From: Chiloscyllium plagiosum
Taxonomy: Eukaryota
Direction of reading: 5' to 3'
Assembly: GCF_004010195.1 (NCBI RefSeq)
Contig: NC_057759.1
Coordinates: 798,565-834,368, forward strand
DNA: 35,804 bases
Shown here: positions 1 to 13,092 of the stretch, one piece after another
Numbering within the stretch: the first letter of the stretch is position 1
Layout: the number at the start of each line of letters is the position of its first letter
Program-made: the position numbers and the translations under genes
Notes under the pieces: generated by a model
The model's database searches: none
Told to the model about the DNA's origin: nothing
Seen by the model: the letters and a program-made list of their open reading frames with translations, nothing else

Positions 1-81
1 TGCTTAATTGAATTCTGAAACGATTTCCTCTCGGTCACCCAAGGGAGGAACACGACGGAGAAGGGTGAAGCTCTCTTTAAG
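1..81 (+). pseudogene. Possible 3' end of a degenerate Ig-domain exon (copy A, domain 1)
   Basis: Ends at AAG|GTAAAA donor. Frameshifted reading CLIEF*/ETISSRSPKGG...VKLSL loosely resembles the G-strand ends of the other Ig exons, and its spacing to the next exon matches copies B and C. Truncated by the window edge. Confidence 0.2.
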
Positions 82-289
82 GTAAAAACTTTTCATAGCC
101 CATGGAAATATTCTCAAAAACAACTGAAATCAACAACAATTCAGAATGGGCAACAATATCTGGCCTTTGCCAATAATTTTCACATTCCATTGAAGAATAA
201 AGAGCAAAGAGCCCAATAGAGAAACAGATTCTCCAACCAGAATCGGCAGAGTGCATATAGAGGCCACTCAGTCCATCATGTCTGAACTG

Positions 290-560
290 ACTCTGTGACT
301 CTATGATGGCCCTTAGACAATTTCACACCTCTCACCATGGCTAACCCAAAAAGCCTGCGCATCCCTGGATACAGTGGGTCAATTTTAACACGGCCATTCC
401 ACTGAACGTGCATGTCTTTGAATTGTGGGAGGAAACCAGAGCAGCTACAGGAAAGGAACGCAGACACAGGGAGAACGTATAAGCTCCAAACGCACAATAA
501 CCCGAGGCTGGAATCAAACCATGGTCCCTGGAGCTGGGAGGCAACAATGCTCTTACACTA
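290..560 (-). mobile_element. Degenerate V-SINE (HE1-like tRNA-derived SINE)
   Basis: tgtgggaggaaacc...gcagacacagggagaacgt...aagctcca is the reverse complement of the V-domain seen in the copies at 14020 and 33370. Confidence 0.75.
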
Positions 561-619
561 ATCCAATTAGTTTATCTCTATCTTTTCCTGTTAATATCTT
601 GAAGACGTCAATCAAATCA

Positions 620-850
620 ATTAGGCCATTCAGCCCATTGAGCCACCATTTGATTATCGCTGATATGTTTCTCCTGCCTTCTCTCTGTAACATTGCCCCT
701 TTTAATCAAGAACATATTTATCTCTGCCTTAAATACACTCAATGACTTGGCCTCCCAAGCCTCTGCGGCAATGAATTCCACAGATGCACCTCCTTCTGGC
801 TGAAGAAATTCTTCATCATCTCAGTTCTAAAGGGCTGTCTCTTCACTGTA
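620..850 (-). mobile_element. Old CR1-type LINE 3' fragment
   Basis: ggccattcagccc...gaattccacagat...ctggctgaagaaattc motifs; similar fragments occur near 3160-3340 and 4325-4590. Confidence 0.6.
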
Positions 851-981
851 CCCCTGGATCCAAATTACTTAAAAGCACAAATCCTTTTTATTGTATGATG
901 AGTTTTCATCGTTCACTGCACTTGTTCCCTGAGGTCAAGACATTGGCTTCACGCATTTGGAAAGATTTAAGTAAAAGGGAT

Positions 982-1869
982 ATAGAACATAGAACATTAC
1001 AACGCTGCACAGGCCCTTCAGCCCACGATGTTGCGCCGCTCTGTCATACTAATCTGAAGCTCATCCCACCTACACTATTCCATGTACGTCCATATGCCTG
1101 TCCAATGACGACTTAAATGCACTTAAACTTGGGCGAATCTACTATCGTTGCAGGCAAAGTATTCCATACCCTTTCTACTCTCTGAGTAGATAAACTACCT
1201 CTGACATCTGTCTTATACCTATCTCCCTTCACTTTAAAGCTGTGTCCCCTCGTGTTCGCCGTTCCCATACTTGGAAAAAGGCTCTCCCTGTCCATCCTAT
1301 CTAACCCTCTAATTATCTTGTATGTCTCTATTAAGTCACCTCTCAACCTCCTTCTCTAGAACGAGAACAGCCTCAAGGCCCTCAGCCTTTCCTCGTAAGA
1401 CATTCCTTCCATACCAGGCAACATCCTAGTAAATCTCCTCTGCACCCTTTCCAAAGCTTCCACATCCTTCTTATAATGCGGTGACCAGAACTGTACACAA
1501 TACTCCAAGTGTGGTCGTACTAGAACTTTGTACAGCTGCAGCAAAACCTCCTGGTTCTGTAACTCAATCCCTCTATTAATACTGACCAAAACACTGTATG
1601 CCTTCTTAACAACCCTGTCAATCTGGGTGGCAACTTTCAGGGATCTGTGTACATGGACACCGAGATCTCTCTGCTCATCTGCACTCCCAAGAACCTTACC
1701 ATTACTTTGCATTCCGGTTACTCCGTCCAAAGTGTATCACCTCACAGTTGTCCACATTAAACTCCATTTGCCACCTCTCAGCTCACCTCTGCATCCTATC
1801 TATGTCTCTCTGCAACCTACTATGTCCTTCATCACTATCCACAACTCCACCGACCTTAGTGTCGTCCGC
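982..1869 (-). mobile_element. CR1/HER1-type LINE, 5'-truncated (RT C-terminus, 3'UTR, (ATAGAAC)n tail)
   Basis: ORFs 1356-1730 and 1113-1346 encode QRDLGVHV...LVRPHLEYCVQFWSPHYKKD...RGDLIETYKI...TRGHSFK; atagaacatagaacat tail at 982. Confidence 0.95.
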
Positions 1870-2498
1870 TTGAATGATTTTGAAAACAGACTCCAGTTTC
1901 CAAGGTTGCAGTATTTAAACCTAATAATAGATATGATCAAGTTTGAGAGCTGGATACCTGCTTTTGCTTATTAGTCGACTAATGTTTTCTTTAATGTCTT
2001 TGATATTATTTGCTTTTTGTCCCTTTCAGTTTGAAACCTGCTACAGCTGCTGCTCTTAACTTATGTGTGCAAAAATGCCCAGGTGGTGAGTTCTGGAGTA
2101 TTATGTAAAACACGTACTCCTTACTGGTTTCATTTAAAACTGTAGACATGTGGAGCCATTCATTTATGATTAAAGGTTGAACAATTTGCAAAGAACTCAA
2201 ACTACCTTTACTGTATTGATTATCCCCATCTTAAAATTTGAAACAGGCCATTTAAACAAAAACTGAAATCCGCTGTAAATATGCTAAAGACCAAATGAGT
2301 GCATGTAAAACGTACAAATAACATGAGAGTGTACGCAACGGAATGCGGCACTGATCGTCTTTGCAGAATGAGACTGGGGGGGGGGGGGGAGTTAGTGGCG
2401 ATAACAAAAGGAAAGGTTTCAAGAGACTATTGACAAATTATTAATGGTACGAATTTGTTTCAAGCTCTTTTTAAAAGTTCTGTTTGTGTCTGTTCCAG

Positions 2499-2915
2499 AT
2501 GTCCAGCATACATCCATAGTTATTTGACTTGTTTTATTTTCGACCTTGGAGAGTCTTCGTATGAAAATGGCACAAAACTAGTTCAAAGGAAAAAAAACAC
2601 TTTCGTTCAATTGAATAGATACGAGATGATGGAATTTCCCCATTTTTATAAAAAAAAAATCCAGTTTGACTGGATGTAAGCCGTAGCTACTCAATACCAC
2701 AGCTGTAATAAGAAAACATGAGAGAGGTGCACATTTTCCGTTTGGGGAATCTCCTAGAATCATGATTACAAACTGAATGTTGAAGGTGGAAATGAGCAAG
2801 CGTTTGTTTCGCTCTGCAAGAGGTTCCGATTTGTAATATTCTGTTTTCTATATAAGATCCACTTGTGGATTTCAACAAGGAAATGGACGTTAGCAAAGAG
2901 AATAATCATGTGGAG
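2499..2915 (+). pseudogene. Degenerate Ig-like exon (copy A, domain 2?)
   Basis: Good acceptor (ttctgtttgtgtctgttccag|A). Frameshifted reading DVQHTSIVI*..LGE/SLRMK...GAHFPF...DY/N*MLKVEMSKRLFRSARGSDL parallels AAAFPI...NYSCQYQTEVNGRTILSPSS of exon 15436. 3' boundary uncertain. Confidence 0.35.
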
Positions 2916-5419
2916 GTATCAACAATTGGCATTGGGAATGGACAAAATTATTTATTGCTACAGACAACTGAAACTGAACGAACATCATTTTCCTTCAATT
3001 ATTCTACAATCCCATAGTGGAGATCATCATTTTCACTTTCTTCAAATTATTTGCCCTGTTGATTGCCCCACGTGGTTCATTAATGCCCTTCGGGGACGAA
3101 AATCTATGGTGCTTACCTGGTCTGACAGACAGTAGGCCACAATTCATAGGAGCCTTAGAATGAGGCTTTTCAGCCCATCAGGCCAACTCCACCATTCGCA
3201 CATGGCTGATGTTTCTCAACTGCATTTTCCTGCCTTCTCCCTCTAAACCTTGATCCTCTCACCAATCAAGAACATTCCTATCTCTGTCTTAAAGGCACTC
3301 AATAACTCTCTGCAGCAAAAAACATTCCATAGAATCACCCCATCCAGCCGAAGACTTTCCTGCTCCTCTCCATTCCAGAAGACTTTTTCTTTCATACAGA
3401 ATGTGCTGGAGGAAGTCAGCAGGTCTGGCAGGTTCTATGGAAAGAGATGGACAGAGCTTGCAATGTGTGACGTGACTGTGACTTGTTACTTCTCTGCCTA
3501 AGCCTGAATATTGACTAGACATCGTTGCATTTGAACATGGCCTGCTTCAGTAGCAGAGGAGTGGTGATTGGTGTTGAACATTTTTCAATAATCACAAGCA
3601 GCCCACTCCTGAACTTAGGTTGGAGGAAAGGGCAGGGATGAAGCCGCTGAGTTGAATGTCCTGAACACACCTGCAACATCAATAATTTATCCAGTGTTCC
3701 GATCATTGAAATGAACAGTAAAAGAGAGTTACTTTATTCAGATGAAATGTAATGATAGCGAAACATTATTAAATTAAGTTTTATATGGATGAGATGCAAC
3801 AAAATATTTTAAGTTTATACTTAACATGAGTTGGAACATTCTTCGACTGCCTCGGAACTCCTTTTGACAACTGTGGTTCTATTTTCAGTATTCCACATTT
3901 CTGGCCATCATTCCTGAAATGAAAGCTTCGATAGGCACAGAACATTAAGAAGGAGCTGGGAAAATGTTGTTTACTAACACGCTTCATATTGTACGTGACA
4001 GCTTAACTTCTGTTCAACGAGGCAGTTCAGCACCACCCCCACAAGTGCAACTCGGGATGGGTAATAATTGCTGGCCATGAGTAAATTTTTTCAAAAGTGC
4101 TTGTGTCTGGTAAATGGATAAACACAGGGTAGCATGTGGAATATACAATCAGCTTTTCTTCTTCCGAGTAAAGACTTTGTTTCTCAAATTTATAAGAGCT
4201 TATTATACAGCATTTCAGATTTGGCAAATAACAACTGTACAAAATCAATATCTTCCTTCAATAGGATTCAGATGCACTTTAAATATTCCATTGTTATTTC
4301 CAGTCTTTATTTGTTATCTTAGACCATACGAAAGAGGAGCAGAGATTAGGCCATTCGGCCCATCGAGTCTACTCTGCCACACAATCATGCCTGATTTGAT
4401 TTTTCGACCCCATTCTCCCGCTTTCTCCATGTAACCTTTGATCCCCGTGACAATCAACAACGTATCTATCTCTGTTTAAATTATATGCAATGACCTGGCC
4501 TCCATAGTCTTCTATGGCAACGAATTCACGGATTCACCACTCTCTGGTTAAATCAGTTCCTCCTTATCTTCGTTTGAAAAGGCATTCCCTTCACTGATGT
4601 TGAAGTGACTGCAAATTGTGCAACTCTGATCGGAGAAATTAATTGATTGACTGGAGGGAAAATGCATGCTAATGTGTGGTCAAGGGAAAGATAAACTGAC
4701 TCAAATTGAGGGGAAGAGAGGGAGTAAATGTTACTTTGGAGCAGCCTAAAGTACATTGGACTTCTAGAAACTTCTCGACAGTGAAGGAAACGTATTGACA
4801 TGTCAAAATATAATTGAATTGAGGAAGACGGATCTCAGAATATTTGTGGGAGGGAAAAAAATGTATGGTAATTGTAAAATGAATTGTAGACGATTCTGAG
4901 GTATTCACATTCCTGAATTTGCATCAGCGTGATGTTCAGGTGTTGGATTGGGAATGATCCTATGGAATGGCAGAACAAGGTTAAGGGGCTGAATGGCCTA
5001 GTCCTTCAAGAATGTTGGTATTATTAACACTAGCCTCGTCATCCAAATCATTATAAAAGATGTCCTGCTATGTGCCCGATCCTTGTCACAGAGCCAGAGT
5101 CATGGAGTCATACAGCATATAAACAGTCCATTTGGCATTCCCTGTCGATGCTGACGAACAAACAGATCCCATTTTCTTACATTTGGTCCACAACCCACTA
5201 TCTTCTGCTATTTGAAGTGTTTGTCCAGATGCTGATTAAATGTTGTGATAGTATTTCCCTCCACCACCATCTCAGCCAGCATGGTCCAAGATTCAACCAC
5301 TGTCTGTGAGAAGTAGATGTTTCCTCAGATGCCCCTAAGCCACTTATTCCTCGGCTTAAAAGTTTGTTCTCTGGTCTTAGACAGGTTTGTCATGGGGAAA
5401 GGTTTTAACAATCTCCTCT

Positions 5420-5790
5420 GTGCCTCAATGTTTTCTGTACATCAATAAAATTGCACCCACCTCAATCACCCAACCCACCCCGCCACCACCACCCCGTACC
5501 AGCCTCTTCTGCCCAAGGGAAAACAACTCCCCTTATACAAACACCCCTCAAAAAGCAGAGACGTTCCATCCCAGGCAACATCCTGGGGAATTTCCTCTGC
5601 ATCTTCTGCAGTGCTATCAAGCCCCTACGCAAACGTAGCGACCAAAACAGTGTACAGTATTCCTTCTGTGTCTTAATCCGTGTTCGATAAACTTTCAAAA
5701 TGATTTTCCTGCTCCTGTATTCTGCACCCGGGCTCGTGAAGGCAAGTACCTCATATGCCTTCTTGACCACTGTGCTGTCTGTTCTGACAC
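5420..5790 (-). mobile_element. Degraded CR1 LINE RT fragment
   Basis: ORF 5462-5812: VVKKAYEVLAF...EYCTLFWS...QRKFPRMLPGME. Confidence 0.85.
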
Positions 5791-6053
5791 GTTCAAGAAT
5801 CTCTAGACTCATGATGCCTCATGATTCCTCATGATTCCGATATTCCGTGAGGAATGCTTGCCTTCTTAGAGTGATTCATTCATTCATTCTCTCTGTTTTC
5901 GCTATGCTGAGCAATTTCAAAACCATGCTGTTTAATCCACCCAATCCTATAAACTACACTTACATTTGTTGACATCGTGTGTGGGATCTTAGGAATAGCT
6001 TTCTGAAAACCTGTTCACTGTCTATTTCCCATTTCTCTACTTCCCGTTTCATG

Positions 6054-8810
6054 ATAGAACAGAGAACATAGAAAAATACAGCGCAGTACAGGCCTTTTGG
6101 CCCTCGATGTTGCGCCGTTCCAAGCCCACCTAACCTACACTAGCCCACTATCCTCCATATGCCTATCCAATGCCCATTTAAATGCCATAAAGAGGGAGAG
6201 TCCACCACTGCTACTGGCAGGGCATTCCATGAACTCACGACTCGCTGAGTAAAGAATCTACCCCTAACATCTGTCCTATACCTACCATCCCTTAATTTAA
6301 AGCGATGCTCCCTCGTAATACGTGGAGAAAGGTTCTCATGGTCAACCCTATCTAAACCCCTAATCATCTTGTACACCTCTATCAAGTCACACCTAAACCT
6401 TCTTTTCACCAATGAAAACAGCCCCAAGTGCCTCAGTCTTTCCTCATACGGTCTTCCTACCATACCAGGCAACATCCTGGTAAACCTCCTCTGCACCCGT
6501 TCCAGTGCATCCATATCCTTCCTATAGTATGGCGACCAAAACTGCACACAATACTCCAGATGCGGCCGCACCAGAGTCTGAGATAACTGCAACATGACCT
6601 CAGGACTCCGGAACTCAATTCCTCTACCAATAAAAGCCAGTACGCCATATGCCTTCCTCACCGCACTATTTACCTGGGTGGCAACTTTCAGAGATCTGTG
6701 CACATGGACACCAAGATCCCTCTGCTCATCCACACTACCAAGTAACCGACCATTAGCCCAGTACCCGATATTCTTGTTACTCTTACCAAAGTGAATCACT
6801 TCACACTTACCTACATTGAACTCCATTTGCCACCTTTCTGCCCAGCTCTGCAGCTNNNNNNNNNNNNNNNNNNNNNNNNNNNNNNNNNNNNNNNNNNNNN
6901 NNNNNNNNNNNNNNNNNNNNNNNNNNNNNNNNNNNNNNNNNNNNNNNNNNNNNNNNNNNNNNNNNNNNNNNNNNNNNNNNNNNNNNNNNNNNNNNNNNNN
7001 NNNNNNNNNNNNNNNNNNNNNNNNNNNNNNNNNNNNNNNNNNNNNNNNNNNNNNNNNNNNNNNNNNNNNNNNNNNNNNNNNNNNNNNNNNNNNNNNNNNN
7101 NNNNNNNNNNNNNNNNNNNNNNNNNNNNNNNNNNNNNNNNNNNNNNNNTGCTTTCCAGAGAATCCTAGGATAAATGCCATCAGGCCCAGGGGACTTATCT
7201 ATTTTCACCTTTTCCAGGATTTCCAACACCTCTTCCCTACATACCTCAAAGCCATGCATTCTAATTTATTGTGACTCAGTATTCACCTCGGCAACAATGT
7301 CCTGTTCCTGAGTGAATACTGACGAAAAGTATTCATTCATTGTCTCCCCAATCTCTTCAGCCTCCACACGCAACTTCCCACTACTATCCTTGACTGGACC
7401 TATTCCTACCCTAGTCATTCTTTTATTCCTGACATACCTATAGAAAGCCTTAATGTTTTCCCTAATCCTACCAACTAAGGACTTTTCATGTCCCCTCCTT
7501 GCTGCTCTTAGCTCTCTCTTCAGATCCTTCCTGGCTACCTTATAACTCTCAATCGCCCCAATTGAACCTTCACGCATCATTTTTACATAGGCCGCCCTCT
7601 TCCCTTTAACAAGGGTTTCCAATTCTTATTAAACCACGGCTCCCTCACACGACCCTTTCCTCCCTGCCTGACAAGGACATACTTATCAAGGGCACTTAAT
7701 AGTTGCTCCTTGAACAAGATCCACATATCAATTGCGCCCTTCCCTTGAAGCCTACTTTTCCAAGCCACGCATCCTAAGTCGTGCCTCACCGCATCATAAT
7801 TTCCCTGCCCCCTCTTGCACCGCATTGCACACTTATCCCTCTCCATCACTAGAGTGAAAGTCAACGAATTGTGGTCACTGTCCCCAAAGTGCTCACCTAC
7901 TTGCAATTCTAACACCTGGCCTGGTTCGTTAACCAGAACCAAATCCAGTGTGGCCTCACCTCTTGTTGGCCTGTCTACATATTGTGTCAGGAAACCCTCC
8001 TGCACACATTGGACAAACACCGACCCATCTAACGAACTCGAGCTATAGCTTTCCCAGTCAATATCTGGAAAGTTAAAGTCCCGCATAACAACCACCCTAT
8101 TACTTTCACTCTTCTCCTGAATCATCCTCGCAATCCTTTCTTCTACGTCTCTAGGACTATTAGGAGGTATGTGGAAAACTGCTAACAGGGTGACCTCACC
8201 TTTCCTATTCCTAACCTCAGCTCAAACTTCCTCAGATGGCGAGTCTTCATCCATCGTCCTTTCCACCGCTGTAATACTATCTTTGACAAGCAATGCCACA
8301 CCTCCCCCTCTTTTACCCCCACTTCTGACCGTACTAAAACATTTAAACTCTGGAACCTGCAACAGCCAATCCTGTCCCTGTTCTACCCATGTCTTCGTAA
8401 TAGCCACAACATCGAAATCCCAGGTACCAACCCACGCTGCAAGTTCACCTACTTTATTTCGTATCCTTCTTGCATTGAAGTATACACACTTCAAGCCACT
8501 TTCCTGTTTACAGGCACCGTCCTTTGAGATTGATGCCATGTTCCTAACATCCCTACACTCCAGGTCCTGCTACAGTAGAGGTTCCCATGCCCCTGCAGAG
8601 TTAGCTTAAACCCCCCGAAAGAGCACTAGTAAACCTCCCCGCAAGGATACTGGTGCCCCTAAGGTTCAGGTGTAGACCATCCTGTTTATAGAAGTCCCAC
8701 CTTCCCCAGAAGGAACCCCAGTCATCCAGATACAGGAATCCCTCCCTCCTGCATCATCCCTGTAGCCACGCATTTAACTGTTCTCTCTCCCTATTCCTCG
8801 ACTCTCTATC
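6054..8810 (-). mobile_element. Relatively young CR1/HER1-type LINE (end of ORF1, APE endonuclease, RT, 3' tail), frameshifted, spanning an assembly gap
   Basis: ORFs with LKCVYFNARRIRNK...DVVAITKTW, GGGVALLVK, RDFNFPDIDW, TLDLVL, SDHN, KSPGPDGI and RT C-terminal LVRPHLEYCVQFWSP; atagaac tail at 6054. Confidence 0.95.
6856..7148. other. Assembly gap (N run)
   Basis: Run of n bases inside the CR1 copy. Confidence 1.
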
Positions 8811-9062
8811 GATGTTGCAAGGAATATCCTCAAAATGTTCCATCAGTTTTGTCAAGCATGAGTCCAATTTAATATAACAATGTCCAATTTTACGATTCTT
8901 TTCTCATCTCTGTTTCCAAAATCTCCCTATTATATTCTAACATGTTCTCTATTGTGATTATGAAGCAAACAAAGACCTTTGAGTCAGCATGACCAGTTGT
9001 AGGATCTGTAGAGTTATGAAATACAGACAACAATGTGGCAATTTGTTTTGCCGTTTCCTCAC

Positions 9063-9180
9063 CGCCCTGACATTAACTTCAGTCATTTATCAACCCTCAC
9101 TCGCAATATGTTTGTATCAACTATCACTTTACTGATGCTGTTTATTTGTCACAAAATCTCTGATATTTCTTTGGCACCTT
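9063..9180 (+). pseudogene. Possible degenerate transmembrane exon (copy A)
   Basis: Reads PDINFSHLSTLTRNMFVSTITLLMLFICHKISDISLAP and ends at a weak phase-1 T|GTACAT donor. No canonical AG acceptor. Position fits the repeating gene layout. Confidence 0.15.
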
Positions 9181-9249
9181 GTACATGTTTCTGCATCATT
9201 TTCACCAGAAGATTTTCTGGATCATTCTTCTTGAGGGTTAAACGGGTTG

Positions 9250-9680
9250 GAACTCTCCTCAATAGAAGTTAGAAGAGTGGGAGTTGATCTCATTGAAAAA
9301 AGTAGATTTCTTAAGGGGCTTGACAGGGCCAATGCTGAGAGGATGTTGCCCCCCCCCCTCATGGACGAGTCTAGGACCAGACAGCATAGTGTTAGAATAA
9401 AGGGGAACCATTGGAAGACTGAGATGAGGTGAAATCTCTTGTCTCAGAGATTTGTGAGTCTTCAGAACTCCTTGCTGCAGAGAGCTGGGTGTGGGGACAG
9501 AATCCTTATGCATGTTTAAGGCTAACACAGATCGATTCTTGATCCAGAGCAGAATCGCAGAATCAAGTGTCACTGGAGAAAGGCTGGAAAAGTGAATGTG
9601 AGGGATGTCATCTCAGGCATAAACTTGTTGAAGGATTGAGCAAGCTGGAGGGGTCGAAAGGCCTACTCCTGTTCTTGTTT
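9250..9680 (+). mobile_element. Old CR1 3' fragment
   Basis: DLIEKSRFLKGLDR...ESRTRQHSVRIKG...KTEMR. Confidence 0.75.
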
Positions 9681-10027
9681 TGTATGGTGCGATGGCTTTC
9701 TGCAAGATTCTTAGCATTGCTCCCTTGTTTGCGAGTGTAATTTTCCTGCCCTCATTTGTTCTGGATCCATATTTATGTTGTCTAATATATTTTCTTTTCA
9801 CTGTATTATTAAAAGCTTTCCTGTCTATCTTTGCATTCATCACTTACTTGAATTCGTATTGATTTCCTTTTCCTCATCAATTTCTTGATCTTTTTATGTT
9901 TGGTCCTAAATTACTCTCAATCTTCAGGCTTCCCACAGCTTCTAGCAGTCTTAGAAATTGCCTGCTCTCAACTGATGAAATTTAGGCATCGTTTGTGAAC
10001 ATTGGTAGATCCACGTTTCTATTGTTT

Positions 10028-10050
10028 TGTGTGTGTGTGTGTGTGTGTGT
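10028..10050. repeat. (GT)n microsatellite
   Basis: Direct reading. Confidence 0.95.
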
Positions 10051-10639
10051 TGTAAAGGGATATGCTTCTGTTATGGAACGTGAACTGTTTCTTTATAAAC
10101 TTTTCCATCTCTGATGGGCAAAATTTACTCAAGGCCACCTATTCCTTGGATATCGATATCTTCATTTTTTCAGCTTCAAGATGAAAGTTGTCAATTTCGA
10201 ACTGAAATAAAATTCTATAATGTTTTAGTCACTCCTTCCCAAAATTATGTGATGTCGTGGTTACCACTTCCCATAAGCATATTTAAAAATCAGATATTAA
10301 TTAATTATAACATATTAAATCCAACCTGGTCCAATCCCAGATTGATGCCTCAATATAATCGTCCAGGAAAACAGCTTGTAGACACTCCAGTAATTCATTC
10401 AGCATCACATTAATGCTAACCTGATAACTGAATCTCCACATAAACTATCCATTATTACTATATTACTGACTAGGAGTGTCTTTGTGTATTATAGAGAAGC
10501 GCAGTCCCTGTTAATATGATAGAGATCGACCATCCTCGCGCATGTCATAGAGAATGACCACCTATGTGTTTAACACAGAGGATAACTGTCCCTTTGCATA
10601 TTTTAGAGAAGAGACGTCTTGTGCCAGTTCCGTAGTTCC

Positions 10640-11295
10640 TTCAAACTGGTGTTGCAGGTAGACAGGGTAGTGAAGAAGGCCTTTTGTAGGCTTGTTTTCA
10701 TTGGTCACAACGTTGAGTAAATGACTTGGGATGCCATGTTGCTGCTATACAGCACTTTGGTGAGGCCACTCTTAGGATGATGAGCAGAATCCTGGTTGCC
10801 CTTCGATCAGAAAGATTTCTTGAGTGGGTGCAGACAAGATTTTCATCTTTTTCAACCAAAAACAAATAGGGCTGGTGGCTTAAAGTTATGGGGAGAGGCT
10901 AAATTGACTGGATCTTTATCCCCTGGAGTGCTGAAAGCTGAGGGGTGAACTTATAGCAATTTTCAAAATCATAGGGGATATGGTAAATAGTCAAGGTATT
11001 GATCATTGTGATGGGGAATCCAAAACTAGAAAGCGTAAGTTTAAGGTGAGAGGACTTAAGGGATGATATTTTCATGCAGAGAATAGTGCAAGTATGGTGT
11101 GAGCTGCAAGAGGAGGTGGTGGAGGCGGGTCCATTAACAACATTTAGCTGTCAACTGATGAGTACATGAATAGGAACGATTTAGTGGTATATGGGCCAAA
11201 TGCTGGCAAATGGGGTGAAATCAAATTAGAATGTTTGGTTGACGTGGATTTGGACTGCAAGATCTGCTTCCATGCTGTATAAGTCGTGTCTGTGA
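10640..11295 (+). mobile_element. Degraded CR1 RT/3'UTR fragment
   Basis: gcaggtagacagggtagtgaagaaggc...ttggtgaggccact...ctgaggggtgaacttatag...gggccaaatgctggcaaatggg motifs. Confidence 0.8.
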
Positions 11296-11425
11296 CTCTA
11301 TCCACATTAAATGCATTTATGTTTTCTTTACTACAACATGATCAAAATGTGTGTTATTTTTGTGTTCCATGAATACTTCAGACGAAAGACTGTTTCTCGC
11401 TTGCTATTTCCTGACTGAACCCAAA

Positions 11426-11492
11426 ATGATTCGACAACGTTTTACTTCAATCACACATTTCCATGCTAATATATTGATGGTTATGTTATTTT
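11426..11492 (+). pseudogene. Candidate first signal-peptide exon (copy B)
   Basis: ATG...NILMVMLF ending at a phase-1, weak T|GTGAAC donor. Spliced to the 36-bp exon it gives MIRQRFTSITHFHANILMVMLFFHFHVLVEMQDT, a plausible signal peptide. Confidence 0.25.
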
Positions 11493-11882
11493 GTGAACTC
11501 GCCCAGGTCCTTAATTTTTTTATTCCTTCTTAACGTAGACTGCCCTAAGAGAGTGGTGATGTGATAGGTCAATACCCTGGTATAGTAGCATTATGTAAAC
11601 TTCGGATCCTGAAGACCACTCGTCTCAAACGCATTCAAAACAACATGTCACCCAAACTGTCTGAAGGACTGCCTGTTAAAACGCATTTTGAAGTATCTTT
11701 AACAAACATTACACTAATTTACACTTCATTCGACGACCTTACAAAAAAATTACACTACCTGATCACACCCCAACATCCAAATGTTTCATTTCAGAAATTT
11801 GCATCCATGTATGGTTCCAGATTTGTCGAATTGAAAATATTATTTTTCAGCAATTCCTTTATTCCTTTATGTTTCTCTTTAG

Positions 11883-11918
11883 TTCATTTCCACGTGCTGG
11901 TCGAAATGCAGGATACAT
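11883..11918 (+). pseudogene. 36-bp signal-peptide mini-exon (S2) of an LRC-like Ig receptor (copy B)
   Basis: Strong acceptor (ttcctttattcctttatgtttctctttag) and donor (CAT|GTGAGT), exactly 36 nt; phase 1-1 reading xHFHVLVEMQDT. Confidence 0.7.
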
Positions 11919-12369
11919 GTGAGTATGCGAATTAAAACTCATTGAATTTATTAACATTAAAATTACATTGTTAATGTGTTTCCACTTGATTATCAGATCA
12001 CTTTTATTGAAAACTAGCTTAATAAATGTACTGCTGAAATTTGTGTACATTGACATCACTTTGGAAGTTAATCTTCTCATATCTCTCTTTTTTTTGTGTC
12101 TATCATGAAGTGCCAGAGATTTGTTGATTATATTTCCCAGCAGTTTCCATAACTAACAGTGTGAGCATTTCAATGTTGAACATTACCATGATTGCATTGT
12201 TAAGTTCTGTTGTTCGAAAATTCATAGCACTATTACGGCCATTAGAACCTTTAAAAAATCTGTAAACCTTAGAGTCGTACAGTCCAAGAGATTTACAGCA
12301 CAGCCAAAGGTTCTTTAATCCATCAGATATGCTCCAGTGAAAAAAAACCACGTCAATATTCTCTAATGC

Positions 12370-12910
12370 ACTTGGTCCCATAGCCTTCGGGTATCAAGTG
12401 CACATCTAAATACTTCTTCGATGAATTGAAGGTTTTTGCCTCTCCTACCCTTACAGGTAGTATGTTCCCGAATATCGTCCAGCTCGAGGTGAACAAGTTC
12501 TAAACCTTCTGCCCTTTACCTCGGATCTATTCACCTCCCATTCCCCTTACGCCCATTCTCCACCCCGGTCATTACTCTCTCCATCAAAGGAGAAAGATTT
12601 CTTCCTGTCTATCCTATCTCTGGCCCTCGTTTTATGCATCTCAATCATGTCCTCCCTCTCAATCTGTTCTGCTCCCCTGGAAACAAACCCAGTCTGTCCA
12701 ATCTCTCTCCATTACTGGAACTCTCCATCTCTGAGGCATCATCTTGATAAATCACCCACCACATCCTCTCCCAATGCTATCACACCTCTCCTCGAATTTG
12801 GATTGCAAAACTGCACAAAATACTCGCTGTGTGGCCTAACCAACATTTTAAACTTTCCCAGCATCTCCTCCCTGCTCTTAGACTCTCAGCTAACAAAGGC
12901 AAGTGTTCCC
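12370..12910 (-). mobile_element. Degraded CR1 fragment
   Basis: aactgcacaaaatactc...tgtggcctaacc, tcaatcatgtcctccctc motifs (reverse of the CR1 RT end). Confidence 0.7.
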
Positions 12911-13092
12911 ATACACCTTCGATTAATTTCAACCAATGAGATATATTTTAAGAATTCCAGCGTTCTAAGCACTACCTATCAGTGCGGGATCATTATGTAG
13001 TAAAGTACATATGAAGTCAGCTTATTATAACAGCTTCCAATGTTTTGATTATGCATACTCTAGAGATAAAATGTTTTAATTGCATTCCTCAG

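Noticed and set aside
5807..5850. Short (ATGATTCCTC)-like tandem repeat
   Set aside because: Ordinary slippage repeat beside a CR1 fragment.
6140..7274. Long ORFs through X runs
   Set aside because: Artefacts of the N gap inside a CR1 copy.
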